This document shows, in pieces, positions 11,501-14,530 of a DNA stretch of 32,010 nt. A program made the translations under genes and the position numbers. Origin of the DNA: Clostridia bacterium. Its GTDB lineage: Bacteria; Bacillota; Clostridia; CAKSNL01; HGM11501. Within the stretch, counting starts at the first letter, position 1. Each line of letters opens with the position of its first letter. Below the pieces are notes generated by a model. The model was given only the letters and a program-made list of their open reading frames with translations. It had not been told where the DNA came from and made no database searches. Location of the stretch: NCBI GenBank assembly GCA_045601965.1, contig JAZSAR010000216.1:1-32010 (forward strand), read 5' to 3'.

Positions 11501-12099
11501 GTTGTAGCGGTTGTTGCCTGCCATATGCCGTCGAAAAGGTTACCAACGGGCTTCCAGTCACCGCCATAGCCGGAGGGGCTTGTTGCTGTAAACCAAGCAC
11601 TCTGGAGGTAATAATCTCTCTTGGCTTCTGCAAGAGCGGGATCATATTCTTCTGCAGTAATTGTATCAAGCTCTTCATCAGCATCAAGCATAATGATTTC
11701 TTCAATATCAAACTGACCGTGATTATTTACAGTTGTAACACTGAATTTGATATAACGAGCTTCAACGTTTACAGCTTCGCCTTCAAATTTAAATCCTAAA
11801 TCACCGTACTGAGGTGTAACCTCTGTTGTACGGGTTGTGGTTGAATTACCAAGCATGCCCCAGGTTTCGCCGTCTTCGGAAACCTGAATTTCAAGGGCTG
11901 TTGCCTTTCTTGCCTTCATACCTCTTGCCTTATGGTCGTCCATAAGTCTGATACCGGAGAAGGTTTTAACAGCGCCCAGGTCTATCTGAAGAGTCGTTGC
12001 ATTAGTACCCTGATCTGCAATCCATCCCATTGCACCTTCGGTAGCACCGCTGATTGTGGGGAATACGTCATAGTCAGCATTTGTGGATGCACCGGTCAT
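2596..12099 (-). CDS. giant SLH-anchored cell-surface protein, main portion (3,167 aa as called from the first ATG). It contains about 11 F5/8 type C (discoidin, CBM32-like) modules, Ig-like spacers and an Ala-rich helical region. The C-terminal part has Listeria-Bacteroides-type repeats, a Gly/Ser linker and three SLH domains.
   Basis: Uninterrupted 9.5 kb ORF. Recurrent discoidin hallmarks are present: (F/Y)DG...(Y/C/N)WHS, FSGIR/GGFR/GGVR, S.DG..W, ARYIK... and HW...E..L. The C-terminus shows three SLH-like repeats (DIAGHWGEKTIGEMY.., FTDVNVGDWFTNAVAWAVKSGI.., FADQAEIATYANYQVNWAADKGII..). There is no signal peptide at this N-terminus. The reading frame stays open upstream to the TGA at 12340. 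Confidence 0.9.
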   Translation of the reverse strand: MTGASTNADYDVFPTISGATEGAMGWIADQGTNATTLQIDLGAVKTFSGIRLMDDHKARGMKARKATALEIQVSEDGETWGMLGNSTTTRTTEVTPQYGDLGFKFEGEAVNVEARYIKFSVTTVNNHGQFDIEEIIMLDADEELDTITAEEYDPALAEAKRDYYLQSAWFTATSPSGYGGDWKPVGNLFDGIWQATTATTDDGAYWHTSPTAGATAENRTVTVTFTEAQKIGGFRIFPRFDNKGGNPKMVTVLASTDGTTFKEILPSTEITYSTTEQSVELLVQTGVAYKAVKFQVDKNISNATDKHTCFCELQVLKPKKGYAFADDVIWFDTTPAVVARNSTQGVTGGPLGGLFDKTIYQFVNEAEGYYNPYTGAANSDPHVEMDNVFKEEGDKAWMEIDLGKAYTFSGVRIFGRWGQPNQSVKNVTIYVSDNGTDWAAAEEHADTWASTSKTFDESVGVPNNSAAMAKYASTNDVYTESPLKAKETAYNVTARYIKVEISKTNGAHWSIQELLLVKEDDSLDTVTVTGFKEKAEGTTIPEDSLDYYDPSKYFDSMVAGSEWNAGSPVTDAFDGVTDNVKADGTIGADDNGSYWHSSATSPVTEAQRTITVMFKTAIDVGGFRVYGRHDSTNNVRQYGGNPGVVRIEATYDGENWFVAADDLSTGLKGGTDDDATTDDGVWQGTNLLSGELNNKFKGIRYVVEKNLSGSTTAHTNIVELQILKPEEYTSPFEDDDFTTYPVWKIESGSTAGKTMANLGLLTDNILPEANNHAEINNAIYPADSKSAWLTIDLGAEQTFSGIRAYARKNAEGNVWSSQSVTKGYIYVSDNGTDWVQAELSEGAGTDLFFDAKALAKGVNENIKARYIKLEAVQTGGADSNQHWSVSELRLIDPVAGKEALTVAEFKEATKSALDSLDDYYKNPTDWTWTAGSQFSATHNVTKLYDGTVYGDMGNCWHSAVDGDKSVTIIFDKEMEVGGVRVFPRTVQGGASANTIKMQGTYDGTTWVDILGDTKLGFTSATKEEHKEAYLAQGRNNKFKGIKFIVVSGIDGNTSYTNITELQVLKPVAPKVTFPNDEVSMSYPMGTAATYVTKAGAADTVKHGTDRGGIIMDGDYITRDEFISLGAPGGGVSSRQLHHDFCIGGANGDTVYLKYDLGKVYEFAGIRLYQRVNGNQNFKEGYIYVSEDGENWISADKSTATNAVIAAIPEIKFGGTAYNVKARYIKVECTLSHATATGLDAHWALEEVRLLNPAAGVETKTPSEITTALAAQAEAVETLINAIGTPIIMESKTAIDAARKAYDALSPAVQAAVENYEVLTAAEAAWLALAGAELNDMIAELPASEVTADDAEAVAELREIYESLSDTDKATINIADLEKAEAALAGLVRSIDPTDSASGKLGYATLEYKLYTAANDVTVTGLKYNGEAVTNTADEWKAVTNGDGTITLTLGGNYYKSEEHRKWLYSSTQNSITSHENGGNYMKFRRANATLGIAVGDEVTENTFNGFFVREITNNGPGKHVVEVSLSDGTTKEIVLNANYTWKAVNGALAAADADGITPTDWQVTVNGGASLAHAAANWFNGNYGDATNSQSWTSTYYDETGAEKGEQHFARAMGPYSTWVDFGKATKFAGVRITDKNYNMVDVSLYGSNDLVTWTKLGSISGNNSKTAQVDLQDNANYRYARVDVDSYQNMNSHSFMFTHEIVFLDASTRIVGGDINVDLSEDIEDAVRKFNSDNVYEITSVKVEGEELTAGTDYVLDGVKGITFKADFLGTLAIGEYTASVSFSSGEVVEAKIIVKDLSQSDYYLAKASSADGTYEVSLYNGSGLDVKDVSIVDGSSVEFTASGTSIVMNRTAFRRAINKIAYEKLPAEGSYALKVKVTFEDDSEKIYTVNIFSDWIKTNGEVTTTFLADEVAVNPEWAVRMDSGNQHAANTFFKAAVNKKDVQNWHSTFVNGLGDAPSGTGVHYIDIDMGTAITEVGGIRYVSRANSADWGNVTISGSDDYATWTVLYTGKASGTPGAYTMKFTENANSRYIRIKMADITHTTADTIHFLKPTLAVTGETVFKKDINATDEEIEISIEDIGDTTISKVVLGTTTLTASQYEYDAETDTIVIKAATLNTITTEGDVVLAIETSTGKVGSVTVKYMDFSKKMFPQEVTPYHFDHEARIVSGVASGNIATITNRKVTTKSDGSALTNSDWAHTALKHDDTFMIYSPSGTSAIWNDAPGYFEVDYKIPHEFSGVRLYHRIWADGGVRQYFTTIKEGYMAVSNDGINWVKSDIQTFGAGNLDSLNYNRNAFDDMKFIVDGVPTNVSARYVRVYPTKNGAWQPIGLEEICLYEPSSAYADLKAADIKPGAATYSLATLEDLTFNVEWNDSITLGTISIVTEEDGEDVLVPVNSAYYFCDEESFTISKYFFIDGGYNVGDEIVLSVGFAVGKDILVPVTIAEAEEYEVNYSAGENGTLKAVVRYTDMATGEEVEEEVASGSMVGRHENLVFVAEGAAGYEPAGWTLEGKGEDDVKYVRVTDKKDWEFDATNAMEPVTKAFDGNDKTYWHSEYETKTTGSPNPTHLLSDGPYWITAVFDEPMMISEMTHTRRLNSDGSAYNAGQKVKQYKVWGTTDGGANYDVLLAEGNTNQNDITDMIALADVGYIDGIKFEIYSTFASATKSHCTIGEIVFTEKIITENLLTGDITYTGSASQEYEIDDLFGDATVTVEFAAIEAGTAKITTDLKKIEAEIEETKVPYGESAEITLVPNEGEALPEEITVIMDGAELKEGQDYTYDSATGEIVVKNVKGNIEILAVAAGVDVFTVTYDDVNGATGNLPAGGSYTAGEKVTLANNTLKLTGSTFDGWRCSVDGEIYAAGKKYTMPAEDVTFTAVWEGKEKDDDDEGTKRPSYGGGGGGSSSSGGTGLIGGGVGTGTNVNQHTITLVGIGTHKAATGTVVADPAAKEGYDFIGWYLDEAFTVPYANTGVIENVTLYPYYRRIRSASELSDIAGHWGEKTIGEMYVAYLVNGTADGKFEPDKSITRAEFCQILYLMSGQTTDGAHNFTDVNVGDWFTNAVAWAVKSGITQGTSETTFAPYENITREQMATMIYRYATLMGQDWTITKEAGFADQAEIATYANYQVNWAADKGIINGYPDGTFGPKANATKAEAVTMLQRLLNLK
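2599..3132 (-). other. region encoding three tandem SLH (S-layer homology) domains, the C-terminal wall anchor of the giant protein
   Basis: The last ~178 aa contain three repeats of the SLH pattern: an aromatic/W-containing helix followed by G...G.....F.P...(I/A)TR(A/E)(E/Q). Confidence 0.8.
8340..11700 (-). repeat. about three diverged ~1.1 kb super-repeats inside the giant gene, each encoding a B-type plus an A-type discoidin module
   Basis: The A-type module ends recur at roughly 1.1 kb spacing: (H)GQFDIEEIIML near 11690, HWSIQELLLV near 10560, HWSVSELRLI near 9440 and HWALEEVRLL near 8365. The B-type ends (ELQVLKP, ELQILKP, ELQVLKP) fall in between. Confidence 0.6.
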
Positions 12100-12339
12100 T
12101 AAGCCTTCGGTATAAAGTCCGTTATAGGTGGACGCAATATTACCCTGAAGGCCACCTGATACCTTTGTAACAGCAGCACCTTCAAGCTCAGTAAGATATG
12201 TAACACCGTCATTTTCTGCGGGAATGAGAGCCTTTGCTGTTACGCCTTCTACATTTGTTACAGCAAAGTCCTCGGATGTGAGGGTGTCGTTTGCATCGTT
12301 TTCGTCAAGAAGAACGATTTCTTCAATTTCCCATTCGCC

Positions 12340-12993
12340 TCAGTTGTTAACTGCGGTTACGTTAAACTTAAAGTAACGTGCTTCTACGTTTACAGCTGCA
12401 GAGCTTTTCTTGAATACAAAGTCTCTGTATTTAGTTGTAAAGTCTTCATTTGTTGCATTGTCAAGGGCATACCAAAGCACACCGTCAGCGGATACTGACA
12501 GCGAAACGGTCTTTGCCTTTCTTGCGCTGTAATGTCTTGCTCTTGAAGAGTCATAAAGACGGATACCGGAGATAGTCTTCGCTGCGCCCATATCAACGGT
12601 AACTGTTGTCTTACCCGGCTGACCCATAAAGCCTGTGGGTGTTCCGTTGGACTCATAAAGTCCCTGGTCAGCATCACTTACGGTATACTTACCGTCGATA
12701 GTCTTTGCGATGTCGCCTTCTTTAGAGCCTGTGCTTACCTGGCTTACGCTTGCGCCGGTAAACTCGGTGAAGTATGTAACACCGTCACCTTCAGCAGCTT
12801 CAAATGAAGCCACGTCGGAGTTAGCCAAAAGCTCAACTTCCTCCTCCCCGTAAATTTCAACTAATTCGTCCTCGGAAACTTCCTCAATTGCAGGAATTTC
12901 CAGCACCTCTTCTGCGAAAGAGGTGATTGCTGCCGCAGGTGCCAATGTCATAATCATGCACAATGCGAGCAGTACAGATAAGATTTTTCTCAT
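12340..12993 (-). CDS. N-terminal fragment of the giant surface protein: signal peptide plus one discoidin module truncated in its last strand (217 aa)
   Basis: Strong RBS AGGGAGGAAA upstream of the ATG at 12991..12993. Signal peptide MRKILSVLLALCMIMTLAPAAAITSFA-EE. The module carries TISGIRLYD...SADGVLW...EARYFKFNVTAVNN and then TGA. It is in the same frame as 2596..12099. Confidence 0.85.
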   Translation of the reverse strand: MRKILSVLLALCMIMTLAPAAAITSFAEEVLEIPAIEEVSEDELVEIYGEEEVELLANSDVASFEAAEGDGVTYFTEFTGASVSQVSTGSKEGDIAKTIDGKYTVSDADQGLYESNGTPTGFMGQPGKTTVTVDMGAAKTISGIRLYDSSRARHYSARKAKTVSLSVSADGVLWYALDNATNEDFTTKYRDFVFKKSSAAVNVEARYFKFNVTAVNN

Positions 12994-13107
12994 GATGTTT
13001 CCTCCCTTTGCTTCTTATCATATTGATAGTATTTTTTTGCACGATTTCAAGATGCGGAGACTCGTCAGCCGACAATCCACGCATTATGATATCATACTGT
13101 ATCATAT

Positions 13108-13137
13108 ATAATACATCAAAATGCCCCCCTATGTCAA
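13108..13137 (-). promoter_or_regulatory. sigma-A-type promoter of the giant gene
   Basis: On the minus strand: TTGACA (13132..13137), an 18-nt spacer, then TATTAT (13108..13113). This gives a ~110-nt leader before the ATG at 12993. Confidence 0.5.
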
Positions 13138-13288
13138 CAAAAAAAAACTTTTTCGAAACATTTTTTTTACTTAATTGTAAAGAAACTTTTTCTTTTAGAC
13201 AATTCTCACAAATTTTGCCCTGTTTCAATGTGCATTTTCACAACAAAACACTTCTTCGTATTCCTGTTTCACTGCATTTTCTTTACAA

Positions 13289-13317
13289 TTGACTTATTTT
13301 TCTTTTGCTGATATAAT
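13289..13317 (+). promoter_or_regulatory. sigma-A-type promoter of the GH3 gene
   Basis: TTGACT (13289..13294), a 17-nt spacer, then TATAAT (13312..13317). RBS GAAAGGAGG precedes the ATG at 13344. Confidence 0.6.
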
Positions 13318-13343
13318 AACCTTACAGAAAGGAGGCTCTTTTT

Positions 13344-14495
13344 ATGAAAAAGACCTTTTTATTCATTCTTATGTTCTGCCTTCTTTTACCGGGCTGCATA
13401 GCAGAAAAAAACAATGACGTATATACAAAGGAAGAAAAAATTCCGCCTCCGCCCGCCAAAGAGGACCTTTTGCTTTCAGAAATGACACTCGATGAGAAAA
13501 TATATCAGATGATGTTTACTACTCCCGAAGCCGTAACAGGAGTGGGGCAGGTGGTTGCTGCAGGAGAAGCTACAAAGACAGCACTATCAGAGCACCCTGT
13601 AGGAGGACTTGTTTATTTTTCACAGAATTTTGAAAATCCCTCTCAAACAAAGGAAATGATCGAAAACACTCAGAGCTTTTCCGAAATTCCGCTGTTCATC
13701 AGCGTAGACGAAGAAGGCGGTATAGTTTCCCGCCTTGGCAGCAACAGTGCTATGGGAATAAAAAAACAGCCCCCAATGGCTGAAATCGGAAAATCCGGAA
13801 TTACAGAAAAAGCCTACACCGTCGGAAAAGAGCTCTCCGAAGCTCTTATCCCCCTTGGATTTAATATGGATTTTGCTCCCGTAGCAGATGTTCTTATAAA
13901 CAAAAACAATTCAGAAATCGGGAACCGCAGTTTCGGAAGCGATGCCTCTTTGGTTGCCGGTATGGTAGAAAAAACGGTTGCAGGTATGGAAGAGAACGGA
14001 CTTTCCGCCACACTCAAGCACTTCCCCGGTCACGGAAGCACCTATAACAACTCCCACAATGGAAGAAGTGAAAGCGAAAGAACCCTTGATGAATTAAGGC
14101 AAGAGGAATTTCTCCCCTTCAAGGCAGGAATTTCTGCCGGCGTGGATTTCATCATGGTTTCCCATATGACTTTAGTCAATGCTACCGAAGAAAAGGCTCC
14201 CTCTTCTGTTTCACAAGAAGTTATCACAGATATGCTGAAAGGCGAGCTCGGTTATAAGGGCATTATTATCACGGATGCCTTTAACATGGGCGCAATCGTT
14301 AACGAATACAAAGCAGGCGAAGCCGAAGTAAAGGCAATAAAAGCCGGCGCCGATATGATTTTGATGCCGAGAGACTTAAAAATTGCCGTAAATGCCCTTA
14401 AAGCCGCTGTGGCAGCCGGAGAAATAACGGAGGAGCGTATAAACGAAAGTGTTTTAAAGATACTGAAGCTTAAATCAGAAAAAGGATTGATATGA
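13344..14495 (+). CDS. glycoside hydrolase family 3 beta-N-acetylhexosaminidase (NagZ/YbbD-like), probable lipoprotein
   Basis: Signal peptide with a lipobox-like LLLPG-C. GH3 N-terminal domain hallmarks are present: SVDEEGG.V.R, KHFPGHGST and the nucleophile region GIIITDAFNMGAI. Stop is TGA (14493..14495), followed directly by a terminator. Confidence 0.9.
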   Translation: MKKTFLFILMFCLLLPGCIAEKNNDVYTKEEKIPPPPAKEDLLLSEMTLDEKIYQMMFTTPEAVTGVGQVVAAGEATKTALSEHPVGGLVYFSQNFENPSQTKEMIENTQSFSEIPLFISVDEEGGIVSRLGSNSAMGIKKQPPMAEIGKSGITEKAYTVGKELSEALIPLGFNMDFAPVADVLINKNNSEIGNRSFGSDASLVAGMVEKTVAGMEENGLSATLKHFPGHGSTYNNSHNGRSESERTLDELRQEEFLPFKAGISAGVDFIMVSHMTLVNATEEKAPSSVSQEVITDMLKGELGYKGIIITDAFNMGAIVNEYKAGEAEVKAIKAGADMILMPRDLKIAVNALKAAVAAGEITEERINESVLKILKLKSEKGLI

Positions 14496-14530
14496 AAAAA
14501 GGATGCTTGCATATGCAAGCATCCTTTTTT
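14495..14530. terminator. bidirectional rho-independent terminator shared by the convergent genes
   Basis: A perfect 24-bp palindrome, GGATGCTTGCAT/ATGCAAGCATCC (14501..14524), is flanked by an A run and a T run. Confidence 0.8.

Larger units (their letters stand above)
2596..12993 (-). pseudogene. single ~3,465-codon multi-discoidin SLH surface-protein gene interrupted by one in-frame TGA (12340..12342)
   Basis: I translated 12100..12339 by hand. It is open and in frame (GEWEIEEIVLLDENDANDTLTSEDFAVTNVEGVTAKALIPAENDGVTYLTELEGAAVTKVSGGLQGNIASTYNGLYTEGL-M...). It completes the discoidin module begun in the upstream ORF. Confidence 0.7.

Noticed and set aside
3106-11799. Numerous plus-strand ORFs of 60-215 aa inside the giant gene, for example 3106..3753 (Cys-rich), 10768..11154 and 5608..5946.
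   Set aside because: They are antisense shadows of a long, strongly supported minus-strand ORF. They lack RBSs and have low-complexity, Cys/Val/Phe-rich compositions typical of reverse-frame translation.
12300-12342. The in-frame TGA as selenocysteine or as a reassigned Trp/Gly codon (code 4 or 25). Small hairpins follow it: GAAGAA-atcg-TTCTTC, or alternatively ATCGTT...AACGAT.
   Set aside because: TGA clearly terminates the GH3 gene (14493..14495), directly before a terminator, so the code is standard. The hairpins are short and AT-rich and lack recognisable SECIS features. A selenocysteine inside the extracellular beta-strand of a lectin module, where a paralog has Trp, is implausible.
12884-13292. 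ORFs 12884..13228 (-), 12923..13111 (+) and 13008..13292 (+) in the divergent intergenic region.
   Set aside because: They span promoters, the leader and the signal-peptide region of the real genes. They have no RBS, and their sequence is AT-rich and low in complexity.
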